Below are positions 1 to 12,228 of a stretch of DNA of 64,000 bases, one piece after another. Origin of the DNA: the human T2T-CHM13v2.0 reference genome, Homo sapiens. Below the pieces are notes generated by a model. It made no database searches and was not told the origin of the DNA. It was given only the letters and a program-made list of their open reading frames with translations. The stretch lies in the NCBI RefSeq assembly GCF_009914755.1, contig NC_060930.1. The stretch is one strand, 5' to 3'. Made by a program: the position numbers and the translations under genes. The first letter of the stretch is position 1. Each line of letters starts with the position of its first letter.

Positions 1-92
1 CACACACACGGTGGACCATTTCTCTTGATAGAGCAGTTTTGAAACACTCTTTCTGTAGAATCTGCAAGTGGATAATTGGACCTCCTAGAGGC

Positions 93-109
93 CTTCGTTG
101 GAAACGGGA
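93..109 (+). other. CENP-B box (M1); recurs in every HOR
   Basis: CTTCGTTGGAAACGGGA, the canonical 17-mer with an intact nTTCGnnnnAnnCGGGn core. Confidence 0.95.
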
Positions 110-431
110 TTTCTTCATCTAAACCTACAGAGAAGAATTCTCAGTAACTTCTTCGGATGTGTGCATTCGACTCACAGAATGGAACATTCCCTTTGATAGA
201 GCAGTTTTGAGACACCGTTTTTGTAGAATTCCCAAGTGGATATTTAGAGCACTTTGAAGTCTCTGCTAGAAAAGGAAACATCTTCATGTAAAAAGTAGAT
301 AGAATCGTTCTCAGAAAGTACTTAGTGACGTGTGCGTTCAACTCACAGAGTTTAACGTTTCTTTTGATAGAGCGTTTCTGAAACACCCTTCTTGTAGTAG
401 CTGCAAGTGGATATTTGGACCTATTGGAGGC

Positions 432-448
432 CTTCTTTGGAAATGGGA
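432..448 (+). other. Degenerate CENP-B box (M3), both CpGs lost
   Basis: CTTCTTTGGAAATGGGA at the box position; the same in the HOR copies inspected. Confidence 0.85.
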
Positions 449-941
449 TTTCTTCATGTAACTCTAGATTGAAGAATTCTCAGAAACTCCTTTGTGATGT
501 GTGCATTCAATTGAAAGAGTGAAACCTCCCTTTTCACAGAGCAGTTTTGAAACACTGTGTTTGTAGGATTTCCAAGGGGATATTTATAGCGCATTGAGCC
601 TACGGCGGAAAAAGAAACATCTTCCTATAAAAACTAGACAGAATACTTCTCAGAATCTGCTTTGCGATGTGTGCGTTCAACTCACAGAGTAAAACTTTTC
701 TTTTGATAGAGCAGTTTTGAAACACTCTTTTTGTAGTATTTGCATGTGTATATTTAGAGCGCATTGAAGCCCACAGTAGAAAAGGAAATAACTTCACCTA
801 AAACCTAGACAGAAGCAATCTCAGAAACTACTTTGTGATGTGTACATTCAACTCACAGAGTGGAACTTTCCTCTTTATAGAGCAGTGTTGAAACACTCTT
901 TTTGTAGAAACTGCAAGTGGATATTTGGACCTCTTTGAGGC

Positions 942-958
942 CTTCGTTGGAAACGGGA
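942..958 (+). other. CENP-B box (M6)
   Basis: CTTCGTTGGAAACGGGA. Confidence 0.95.
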
Positions 959-1281
959 TTTCTTCCTGTAACCCTAGACAGAAGAATTTTCAGAAACCTC
1001 ATTGTGATGTGTGCGTTCATCTCACAGAGTGGAGTCTTCCGTTTGATAGAGAAGTTTTGCAACCCTGTTCTTGTAGGATTTCCAAGTGGATATTTAGACC
1101 ACTTTGAAGCCTATGATAGAAAAGGAAACATCTTCATGGAAAACATAGATAGAATCATTCTCAGAAACAACTTTGTGATGTGTGCGTTGAACTCACCGTC
1201 TTTAACCTTTCTTTTGGTAGAGAAGTTTTGAAACACTCTCTTTGTAAAGTCTACAAGTGGATATTTTGAGCCCTTGGAGGC

Positions 1282-1298
1282 ATTCTTTGGAAAAGGGA
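1282..1298 (+). other. Degenerate CENP-B box (M8), both CpGs lost
   Basis: ATTCTTTGGAAAAGGGA at the box position. Confidence 0.8.
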
Positions 1299-1623
1299 AT
1301 GTCTTCACATAAAAGGCAGACAGAAGTGTTCTCAGAAACTGCTTTGTGATGTCTGTGTTCAACTCACAGAGTTTAACATTTCCTTTGATAGAGCGGTTTA
1401 GTAACCCTCTCTTTGTAGAATTTGGAAGTGTATACTAAGAGCGCTTTGAGGCCTATGGTAGAAAAGGTAATATCTTTCCATAAAAGCTAGACAGAACCAA
1501 TCTCAGAAACTCCTTTGTGATGTCTGCATTCAACTCACCGAGTGGAACATTCCTCTTGATAGAGCAGTTTGGAAACACTCTTTCTGTAGAATCAGCTTGT
1601 TTGTATTTGGACCTCCTTGAGGC

Positions 1624-1640
1624 CTTCGTTGGAAACGGGT
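1624..1640 (+). other. CENP-B box (M10)
   Basis: CTTCGTTGGAAACGGGT; the core nine positions are intact. Confidence 0.9.
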
Positions 1641-1963
1641 TTTCATCTTATAAACCCAGACAGAAGAATTCTCAGAGTCTTCTTTGTGATGTGTGCTTTC
1701 AACTCACCGAGATAAAGATTTCTCTTGATAGAGCAATTTGGAAACACTCTTTTTGTAGAATTTGCAAGGGTACATTGAGAGCGCTTTCAGGCCTATGGTA
1801 GAAAAGGGAATATCTTTCCATAAAAGGTAGACAGAAGCAATCTCAGAAACTACTTTGTGATGTGTGCATTCAACTCACCGAGTGCAACGTTCCTCTTGAC
1901 CGAGCAGTTTGGAAACATTGTTTCTGTAGAATCTGCAAGTGGATATTTGGACCTCTTTGAGGC

Positions 1964-1980
1964 CTTCGTTGGAAACGGGA
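1964..1980 (+). other. CENP-B box (M12)
   Basis: CTTCGTTGGAAACGGGA. Confidence 0.95.
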
Positions 1981-2303
1981 TTTCTTCCTATAAACCCAGA
2001 CAGAAGAATTCTCAGAGACTTCTTTGTGATGTGTGAATTCAACTCACAGTGTGGATCCTTCCTTTTGATAGAGCAGTTTTGAAACCCTGTTTTTGTAGTA
2101 TTTCCAAGCGGATATTTGGAACGCCTTGAAGCGTATGGTAGAAAAGGAAATATCTTCCCATAAAACCTAGACAGAACCAATCTCAGAAACGACTTTGTGA
2201 TGTCTGCATTCAAGTCACAGAGTTGAACATTTCTCTTGATAGAGCAGTTTTGAAACCCTCTTTCTGAAGGATCTGCAAGTGGATATTTGGAACTCCTTTG
2301 GGT

Positions 2304-2320
2304 CTTCGTTGGAAACGGGA
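2304..2320 (+). other. CENP-B box (M14); lost in the 16-mer variants
   Basis: CTTCGTTGGAAACGGGA preceded by GGGT. Confidence 0.95.
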
Positions 2321-2468
2321 TTTCTTCGTATAAATCTAGACAGAAGAATTCTCCGAAACTTCTTTGGTTGTGTGCATTCAAGTCACAGAGTGGAACCTTC
2401 CTTTGGATAGAGCAGTTTGAAACGCTGTGGTTGTAGTATTTCCAAGCGGATATTAGAGCGCCTTGAGG

Positions 2469-2486
2469 CCTATGGTAGAAAAGGAA
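2469..2486 (+). other. A-box / pJalpha-like motif of A-type monomers (example)
   Basis: CCTATGGTAGAAAAGGAA occupies the position equivalent to the CENP-B box in the alternate monomers and resembles the described pJalpha site. Confidence 0.6.
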
Positions 2487-2640
2487 ATATCTTCCCATAA
2501 AACCTAGACGGAAGCAATCTCAGAAACTACTGTGTGATGGCTGCATTCCACACACACGGTGGAACATTTCTCTTGATAGAGCAGTTTTGAAACACTCTTT
2601 CTGTAGAATCTGCAAGTGGATAATTGGACCGCCTTGAGGC

Positions 2641-2657
2641 CTTCGTTGGAAACGGGA
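2641..2657 (+). other. CENP-B box (M16)
   Basis: CTTCGTTGGAAACGGGA. Confidence 0.95.
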
Positions 2658-2809
2658 TTTCTTCATGTTAGTCTAGATAGAAGAATTCTCAAACACTGCT
2701 ATGTGATGTTTGCATTCAAGTCACAGAGTGCAACATTCCTCTTGGTAGAGCAGTTGGGAAACACTCCTTTTGTAGAATCTGCAATGGGATATTTGGACTT
2801 CTTTGAGGC

Positions 2810-2826
2810 CTTCGTTGGAAACGGGA
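2810..2826 (+). other. CENP-B box (M17), one monomer after the M16 box
   Basis: CTTCGTTGGAAACGGGA, 169 bp after 2641. Confidence 0.95.
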
Positions 2827-5800
2827 TTTCTTCGTATGACTCTAGACAGAAGAATTCTCAGAAACTTCCTTGTGATGTGTGCATTCAACTCAGCGAGTGG
2901 CACCTTCCTTTGGATACAGCAGTTTTGAAACACTGTTTTTGTAGTATTTCCAAGCGGATATTTAGAGCGCCTTGAAGCCTATGCTAGAAATGGAAATATC
3001 TCCCCATAAAACCAAGACAGAAGCAATCTCAGAAACTAATGTGTGATGGCTGCATTCCACACACACGGTGGACCATTTGTCTTGATAGAGCAGTTTTGAA
3101 ACACTCTTTCTGTAGAATCTGCAAGTGGATAATTGGACCTCCTAGAGGCCTTCGTTGGAAACGGGATTTCTTCATCTAAACCTACAGAGAAGAATTCTCA
3201 GTAACTTCTTCGGATGTGTGCATTCGACTCACAGAATGGAACATTCCCTTTGATAGAGCAGTTTTGAGACACCGTTTTTGTAGAATTCCCAAGTGGATAT
3301 TTAGAGCACTTTGAAGTCTCTGCTAGAAAAGGAAACATCTTCATGTAAAAAGTAGATAGAATCGTTCTCAGAAAGTGCTTAGTGACGTGTGCGTTCAACT
3401 CACAGAGTTTAACGTTTCTTTTGATAGAGCGTTTCTGAAACACCCTTCTTGTAGTAGCTGCAAGTGGATATTTGGACCTATTGGAGGCCTTCTTTGGAAA
3501 TGGGATTTCTTCATGTAACTCTAGATTGAAGAATTCTCAGAAACTCCTTTGTGATGTGTGCATTCAATTCAAAGAGTGAAACCTCCCTTTTCACAGAGCA
3601 GTTTTGAAACACTGTTTTTGTAGGATTTCCAAGGGGATATTTATAGCGCATTGAGCCTACGGCAGAAAAAGAAACATCTTCCTATAAAAACTAGACAGAA
3701 TAATTCTCAGAATCTGCTTTGCGATGTATGCGTTCAACTCACAGAGTAAAACTTTTCTTTTGATAGAGCAGTTTTGAATCACTCTTTTTGTAGTATTTGC
3801 ATGTGTATATTTAGAGCGCATTGAAGCCCACAGTAGAAAAGGAAATAACTTCACCTAAAACCTAGACAGAAGCAATCTCAGAAACTACTTTGTGATGTGT
3901 ACATTCAACTCACAGAGTGGAACTTTCCTCTTTATAGAGCAGTGTTGAAACACTCTTTTTGTAGAAACTGCAAGTGGATATTTGGACCTCTTTGAGGCCT
4001 TCGTTGGAAACGGGATTTCTTCCTATAACCCTAGACAGAAGAATTTTCAGAAACCTCATTGTGATGTGTGCGTTCATCTCACAGAGTGGAGTCTTCCGTT
4101 TGATAGAGAAGTTTTGAAACCCTGTTCTTGTAGGATTTCCAAGTGGATATTTAGACCACTTTGAAGCCTATGATAGAAAAGGAAACATTTTCATGGAAAA
4201 CATAGATAGAATCATTCTCAGAAACAACTTTGTGATGTGTGCGTTGAACTCACCGTCTTTAACCTTTCTTTTGGTAGAGAAGTTTTGAAACACTCTCTTT
4301 GTAAAGTCTACAAGTGGATATTTTGAGCCCTTGGAGGCATTCTTTGGAAAAGGGAATGTCTTCACATAAAAGGCAGACAGAAGTGTTCTCAGAAACTGCT
4401 TTGTGATGTCTGTGTTCAACTCACAGAGTTTAACATTTCCTTTGATAGAGTGGTTTAGTAACCCTCTCTTTGTAGAATTTGGAAGTGTATACTAAGAGCG
4501 CTTTGAGGCCTATGGTAGAAAAGGAAATATCTTTCCATAAAAGCTAGACAGAAGCAATCTCAGAAACTCCTTTGTGATGTCTGCATTCAACTCACCGAGT
4601 GGAACATTCCTCTTGAGAGAGCAGTTTGGAAACACTCTTTCTGTAGAATCAGCTTGTTTGTATTTGGACCTCCTTGAGGCCTTCGTTGGAAACGGGTTTT
4701 CATCTTATAAACCCAGACAGAAGAATTCTCAGAGTCTTCTTTGTGATGTGTGCTTTCAACTCACCGAGATAAAGATTTCTCTTGATAGAGCAATTTGGAA
4801 ACACTCTTTTTGTAGAATTTGCAAGGGTACATTGAGAGCGCTTTCAGGCCTATGGTAGAAAAGGGAATATCTTTCCATAAAAGGTAGACAGAAGCAATCT
4901 CAGAAACTACTTTGTGATGTGTGCATTCAACTCACCGAGTGCAACGTTCCTCTTGACCGAGCAGTTTGGAAACATTGTTTCTGTAGAATCTGCAAGTGGA
5001 TATTTGGACCTCTTTGAGGCCTTCGTTGGAAACGGGATTTCTTCCTATAAACCCAGACAGAAGAATTCTCAGAGACTTCTTTGTGATGTGTGAATTCAAC
5101 TCACAGTGTGGATCCTTCCTTTTGATAGAGCAGTTTTGAAACCCTGTTTTTGTAGTATTTCCAAGCGGATATTTGGAACGCCTTGAAGCGTATGGTAGAA
5201 AAGGAAATATCTTCCCATAAAACCTAGACAGAACCAATCTCAGAAACGACTTTGTGATGTCTGCATTCAAGTCACAGAGTTGAACATTTCTCTTGATAGA
5301 GCAGTTTTGAAACCCTCTTTCTGAAGGATCTGCAAGTGGATATTTGGAACTCCTTTGGGTCTTCGTTGGAAACGGGATATCTTCGTATAAATCTAGACAG
5401 AAGAATTCTCCGAAACTTCTTTGGTTGTGTGCATTCAAGTCACAGAGTGGAACCTTCCTTTGGATAGAGCAGTTTGAAACGCTGTGGTTGTAGTATTTCC
5501 AAGCGGATATTAGAGCGCCTTGAGGCCTATGGTAGAAAAGGAAATATCTTCCCATAAAACCTAGACGGAAGCAATCTCAGAAACTACTGTGTGATGGCTG
5601 CATTCCACACACACGGTGGAACATTTCTCTTGATAGAGCAGTTTTGAAACACTCTTTCTGTAGAATCTGTAAGTGGATAATTGGACCGCCTTGAGGCCTT
5701 CGTTGGAAACGGGATTTCTTCATGTTACTCTAGATAGAAGAATTCTCAAACACTGCTATGTGATGTTTGCATTCAAGTCACAGAGTGCAACATTCCTCTT

Positions 5801-8800
5801 GGTAGAGCAGTTGGGAAACACTCCTTTTGTAGAATCTGCAATGGGATATTTGGACTTCTTTGAGGCCTTCGTTGGAAACGGGATTTCTTCGTATGAATCT
5901 AGACAGAAGAATTCTCAGAAACTTCCTTGTGATGTGTGCATTCAACTCAGCGAGTGGCACCTTCCTTTGGATACAGCAGTTTTGAAACACTGTTTTTGTA
6001 GTATTTCCAAGTGGATATTTAGAGCGCCTTGAAGCCTATGCTAGAAATGGAAATATCTCCCCATAAAACCAAGACAGAAGCAATCTCAGAAACTAATGTG
6101 TGATGGCTGCATTCCACACACACGGTGGACCATTTCTCTTGATAGAGCAGTTTTGAAACACTCTTTCTGTAGAATCTGCAAGTGGATAATTGGACCTCCT
6201 AGAGGCCTTCGTTGGAAACGGGATTTCTTCATCTAAACCTACAGAGAAGAATTCTCAGTAACTTCTTCGGATGTGTGCATTCGACTCACAGAATGGAACA
6301 TTCCCTTTGATAGAGCAGTTGTGAGACACCGTTTTTGTAGAATTCCCAAGTGGATATTTAGAGCACTTTGAAGTCTCTGCTAGAAAAGGAAACATCTTCA
6401 TGTAAAAAGTAGATAGAATCGTTCTCAGAAAGTACTTAGTGACGTGTGCGTTCAACTCACAGAGTTTAACGTTTCTTTTGATAGAGCGTTTCTGAAACAC
6501 CCTTCTTGTAGTAGCTGCAAGTGGATATTTGGACCTATTGGAGGCCTTCTTTGGAAATGGGATTTCTTCATGTAACTCTAGATTGAAGAATTCTCAGAAA
6601 CTCCTTTGTGATGTGTGCATTCAATTCAAAGAGTGAAACCTCCCTTTTCACAGAGCAGTTTTGAAACACTGTTTTTGTAGGATTTCCAAGGGGATATTTA
6701 TAGCGCATTGAGCCTACGGCGGAAAAAGAAACATCTTCCTATAAAAACTAGACAGAATACTTCTCAGAATCTGCTTTGCGATGTGTGCGTTCAACTCACA
6801 GAGTAAAACTTTTCTTTTGATAGAGCAGTTTTGAAACACTCTTTTTGTAGTATTTGCATGTGTATATTTAGAGCGCATTGAATCCCACAGTAGAAAAGGA
6901 AATAACTTCACCTAAAACCTAGACAGAAGCAATCTCAGAAACTACTTTGTGATGTGTACATTCAACTCACAGAGTGGAACTTTCCTCTTTATAGAGCAGT
7001 GTTGAAACACTCTTTTTGTAGAAACTGCAAGTGGATATTTGGACCTCTTTGAGGCCTTCGTTGGAAACGGGATTTCTTCCTATAACCCTAGACAGAAGAA
7101 TTTTCAGAAACCTCATTGTGATGTGTGCGTTCATCTCACAGAGTGGAGTCTTCCGTTTGATAGAGAAGTTTTGAAACCCTGTTCTTGTAGGATTTCCAAG
7201 TGGATATTTAGACCACTTTGAAGCCTATGATAGAAAAGGAAACATCTTCATGGAAAACATAGATAGAATCATTCTCAGAAACAACTTTGTGATGTGTGCG
7301 TTGAACTCACCGTCTTTAACCTTTCTTTTGGTAGAGAAGTTTTGAAACACTCTCTTTGTAAAGTCTACAAGTGGATATTTTGAGCCCTTGGAGGCATTCT
7401 TTGGAAAAGGGAATGTCTTCACATAAAAGGCAGACAGAAGTGTTCTCAGAAACTGCTTTGTGATGTCTGTGTTCAACTCACAGAGTTTAACATTTCCTTT
7501 GATAGAGCGGTTTAGTAACCCTCTCTTTGTAGAATTTGGAAGTGTATACTAAGAGCGCTTTGAGGCCTATGGTAGAAAAGGAAATATCTTTCCATAAAAG
7601 CTAGACAGAAGCAATCTCAGAAACTCCTTTGTGATGTCTGCATTCAACTCACCGAGTGGAACATTCCTCTTGATAGAGCAGTTTGGAAACACTCTTTCTG
7701 TAGAATCAGCTTGTTTGTATTTGGACCTCCTTGAGGCCTTCGTTGGAAACGGGTTTTCATCTTATAAACCCAGACAGAAGAATTCTCAGAGTCTTCTTTG
7801 TGATGTGTGCTTTCAACTCACCGAGATAAAGATTTCTCTTGATAGAGCAATTTGGAAACACTCTTTTTGTAGAATTTGCAAGGGTACATTGAGAGCGCTT
7901 TCAGGCCTATGGTAGAAAAGGGAATATCTTTCCATAAAAGGTAGACAGAAGCAATCTCAGAAACAACTTTGTGATGTGTGCATTCAACTCACCGAGTGCA
8001 ACGTTCCTCTTGACCGAGCAGTTTGGAAACATTGTTTCTGTAGAATCTGCAAGTGGATATTTGGACCTCTTGGAGGCCTTCGTTGGAAACGGGATTTCTT
8101 CCTATAAACCCAGACAGAAGAATTCTCAGAGACTTCTTTGTGATGTGTGAATTCAACTCACAGTGTGGATCCTTTCTTTTGATAGAGCAGTTTTGAAACA
8201 CTGTTTTTGTAGTATTTCCAAGCGGATATTTGGAACGCCTTGAAGCGTATGGTAGAAAAGGAAATATCTTCCCATAAAACCTAGACAGAACCAATCTCAG
8301 AAACGACTTTGTGATGTCTGCATTCAAGTCACAGAGTTGAACATTTCTCTTGATAGAGCAGTTTTGAAACCCTCTTTCTGAAGGATCTGCAAGTGGATAT
8401 TTGGAACTCCTTTGGGTCTTCGTTGGAAACGGGATATCTTCGTATAAATCTAGACAGAAGAATTCTCCGAAACTTCTTTGGTTGTGTGCATTCAAGTCAC
8501 AGAGTGGAACCTTCCTTTGGATAGAGCAGTTTGAAACGCTGTGGTTGTAGTATTTCCAAGCGGATATTAGAGCGCCTTGAGGCCTATGGTAGAAAAGGAA
8601 ATATCTTCCCATAAAACCTAGACGGAAGCAATCTCAGAAACTACTGTGTGATGGCTGCATTCCACACACACGGTGGAACATTTCTCTTGATAGAGCAGTT
8701 TTGAAACACTCTTTCTGTAGAATCTGTAAGTGGATAATTGGACCGCCTTGAGGCCTTCGTTGGAAACGGGATTTCTTCATGTTACTCTAGATAGAAGAAT

Positions 8801-11800
8801 TCTCAAACACTGCTATGTGATGTTTGCATTCAAGTCACAGAGTGCAACATTCCTCTTGGTAGAGCAGTTGGGAAACACTCCTTTTGTAGAATCTGCAATG
8901 GGATATTTGGACTTCTTTGAGGCCTTCGTTGGAAACGGGATTTCTTCGTATGAATCTAGACAGAAGAATTCTCAGAAACTTCCTTGTGATGTGTGCATTC
9001 AACTCAGCGAGTGGCACCTTCCTTTGGATACAGCAGTTTTGAAACACTGTTTTTGTAGTATTTCCAAGTGGATATTTAGAGCGCCTTGAAGCCTATGCTA
9101 GAAATGGAAATATCTCCCCATAAAACCAAGACAGAAGCAATCTCAGAAACTAATGTGTGATGGCTGCATTCCACACACACGGTGGACCATTTCTCTTGAT
9201 AGAGCAGTTTTGAAACACTCTTTCTGTAGAATCTGCAAGTGGATAATTGGACCTCCTAGAGGCCTTCGTTGGAAACGGGATTTCTTCATCTAAACCTACA
9301 GAGAAGAATTCTCAGTAACTTCTTCGGATGTGTGCATTCGACTCACAGAATGGAACATTCCCTTTGATAGAGCAGTTTTGAGACACCGTTTTTGTAGAAT
9401 TCCCAAGTGGATATTTAGAGCACTTTGAAGTCTCTGCTAGAAAAGGAAACATCTTCATGTAAAAAGTAGATAGAATCGTTCTCAGAAAGTGCTTAGTGAC
9501 GTGTGCGTTCAACTCACAGAGTTTAACGTTTCTTTTGATAGAGCGTTTCTGAAACACCCTTCTTGTAGTAGCTGCAAGTGGATATTTGGACCTATTGGAG
9601 GCCTTCTTTGGAAATGGGATTTCTTCATGTAACTCTAGATTGAAGAATTCTCAGAAACTCCTTTGTGATGTGTGCATTCAATTCAAAGAGTGAAACCTCC
9701 CTTTTCACAGAGCAGTTTTGAAACACTGTTTTTGTAGGATTTCCAAGGGGATATTTATAGCGCATTGAGCCTACGGCGGAAAAAGAAACATCTTCCTATA
9801 AAAACTAGACAGAATACTTCTCAGAATCTGCTTTGCGATGTGTGCGTTCAACTCACAGAGTAAAACTTTTCTTTTGATAGAGCAGTTTTGAAACACTCTT
9901 TTTGTAGTATTTGCATGTGTATATTTAGAGCGCATTGAAGCCCACAGTAGAAAAGGAAATAACTTCACCTAAAACCTAGACAGAAGCAATCTCAGAAACT
10001 ACTTTGTGATGTGTACATTCAACTCACAGAGTGGAACTTTCCTCTTTATAGAGCAGTGTTGAAACACTCTTTTTGTAGAAACTGCAAGTGGATATTTGGA
10101 CCTCTTTGAGGCCTTCGTTGGAAACGGGATTTCTCCCTGTAACCCTAGACAGAAGAATTTTCAGAAACCTCATTGTGATGTGTGCGTTCATCTCACAGAG
10201 TGGAGTCTTCCGTTTGATAGAGAAGTTTTGAAACCCTGTTCTTGTAGGATTTCCAAGTGGATATTTAGACCACTTTGAAGCCTATGATAGAAAAGGAAAC
10301 ATCTTCATGGAAAACATAGATAGAATCATTCTCAGAAACAACTTTGTGATGTGTGCGTTGAACTCACCGTCTTTAACCTTTCTTTTGGTAGAGAAGTTTT
10401 GAAACACTCTCTTTGTAAAGTCTACAAGTGGATATTTTGAGCCCTTGGAGGCATTCTTTGGAAAAGGGAATGTCTTCACATAAAAGGCAGACAGAAGTGT
10501 TCTCAGAAACTGCTTTGTGATGTCTGTGTTCAACTCACAGAGTTTAACATTTCCTTTGATAGAGCGGTTTAGTAACCCTCTCTTTGTAGAATTTGGAAGT
10601 GTATACTAAGAGCGCTTTGAGGCCTATGGTAGAAAAGGAAATATCTTTCCATAAAAGCTAGACAGAAGCAATCTCAGAAACTCCTTTGTGATGTCTGCAT
10701 TCAACTCACCGAGTGGAACATTCCTCTTGAGAGAGCAGTTTGGAAACACTCTTTCTGTAGAATCAGCTTGTTTGTATTTGGACCTCCTTGAGGCCTTCGT
10801 TGGAAACGGGTTTTCATCTTATAAACCCAGACAGAAGAATTCTCAGAGTCTTCTTTGTGATGTGTGCTTTCAACTCACCGAGATAAAGATTTCTCTTGAT
10901 AGAGCAATTTGGAAACACTCTTTTTGTAGAATTTGCAAGGGTACATTGAAAGCGCTTTCAGGCCTATGGTAGAAAAGGGAATATCTTTCCATAAAAGGTA
11001 GACAGAAGCAATCTCAGAAACTACTTTGTGATGTGTGCATTCAACTCACCGAGTGCAACGTTCCTCTTGACCGAGCAGTTTGGAAACATTGTTTCTGTAG
11101 AATCTGCAAGTGGATATTTGGACCTCTTTGAGGCCTTCGTTGGAAACGGGATTTCTTCCTATAAACCCAGACAGAAGAATTCTCAGAGACTTCTTTGTGA
11201 TGTGTGAATTCAACTCACAGTGTGGATCCTTCCTTTTGATAGAGCAGTTTTGAAACACTGTTTTTGTAGTATTTCCAAGCGGATATTTGGAACGCCTTGA
11301 AGCGTATGGTAGAAAAGGAAATATCTTCCCATAAAACCTAGACAGAACCAATCTCAGAAACGACTTTGTGATGTCTGCATTCAAGTCACAGAGTTGAACA
11401 TTTCTCTTGATAGAGCAGTTTTGAAACCCTCTTTCTGAAGGATCTGCAAGTGGATATTTGGAACTCCTTTGGGTCTTCGTTGGAAACGAGATTTTTTCGT
11501 ATAAATCTAGACAGAAGAATTCTCCGAAACTTCTTTGGTTGTGTGCATTCAAGTCACAGAGTGGAACCTTCCTTTGGATAGAGCACTTTGAAACGCTGTG
11601 GTTGTAGTATTTCCAAGCGGATATTAGAGCGCCTTGAGGCCTATGGTAGAAAAGGAAATATCTTCCCATAAAACCTAGACGGAAGCAATCTCAGAAACTA
11701 CTGTGTGATGGCTGCATTCCACACACACGTTGGAACATTTCTCTTGATAGAGCAGTTTTGAAACACTCTTTCTGTAGAATCTGCAAGTGGATAATTGGAC

Positions 11801-12228
11801 CGCCTTGAGGCCTTCGTTGGAAACGGGATTTCTTCATGTTACTCTAGATAGAAGAATTCTCAAACACTGCTATGTGATGTTTGCATTCAAGTCACAGAGT
11901 GCAACATTCCTCTTGGTAGAGCAGTTGGGAAACACTCCTTTTGTAGAATCTGCAATGGGATATTTGGACTTCTTTGAGGCCTTCGTTGGAAACGGGATTT
12001 CTTCGTATGAATCTAGACAGAAGAATTCTCAGAAACTTCCTTGTGATGTGTGCATTCAACTCAGCGAGTGGCACCTTCCTTTGGATACAGCAGTTTTGAA
12101 ACACTGTTTTTGTAGTATTTCCAAGCGGATATTTAGAGCGCCTTGAAGCCTATGCTAGAAATGGAAATATCTCCCCATAAAACCAAGACAGAAGCAATCT
12201 CAGAAACTAATGTGTGATGGCTGCATTC

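Larger units (their letters stand above)
1..12228 (+). repeat. Four canonical 18-mer HOR copies (1-3057, 3058-6114, 6115-9171, 9172-12228)
   Basis: The anchor CACACACACGGTGGACC recurs at 1, 3058, 6115, 9172 and 12229; copies differ by only scattered SNPs. Confidence 0.95.

Noticed and set aside
128-143. Short dyad symmetries around GAATTC (e.g. GAGAAGAATTCTC) as hairpin or cruciform elements
   Set aside because: The stems are very short and typical of all alphoid monomers; no long inverted repeat could be supported by eye.
2549-2557. CACACACAC as a microsatellite locus
   Set aside because: It is only four CA units and a fixed part of M1/M16. The single +CA copy is covered under the 30369-30450 finding.
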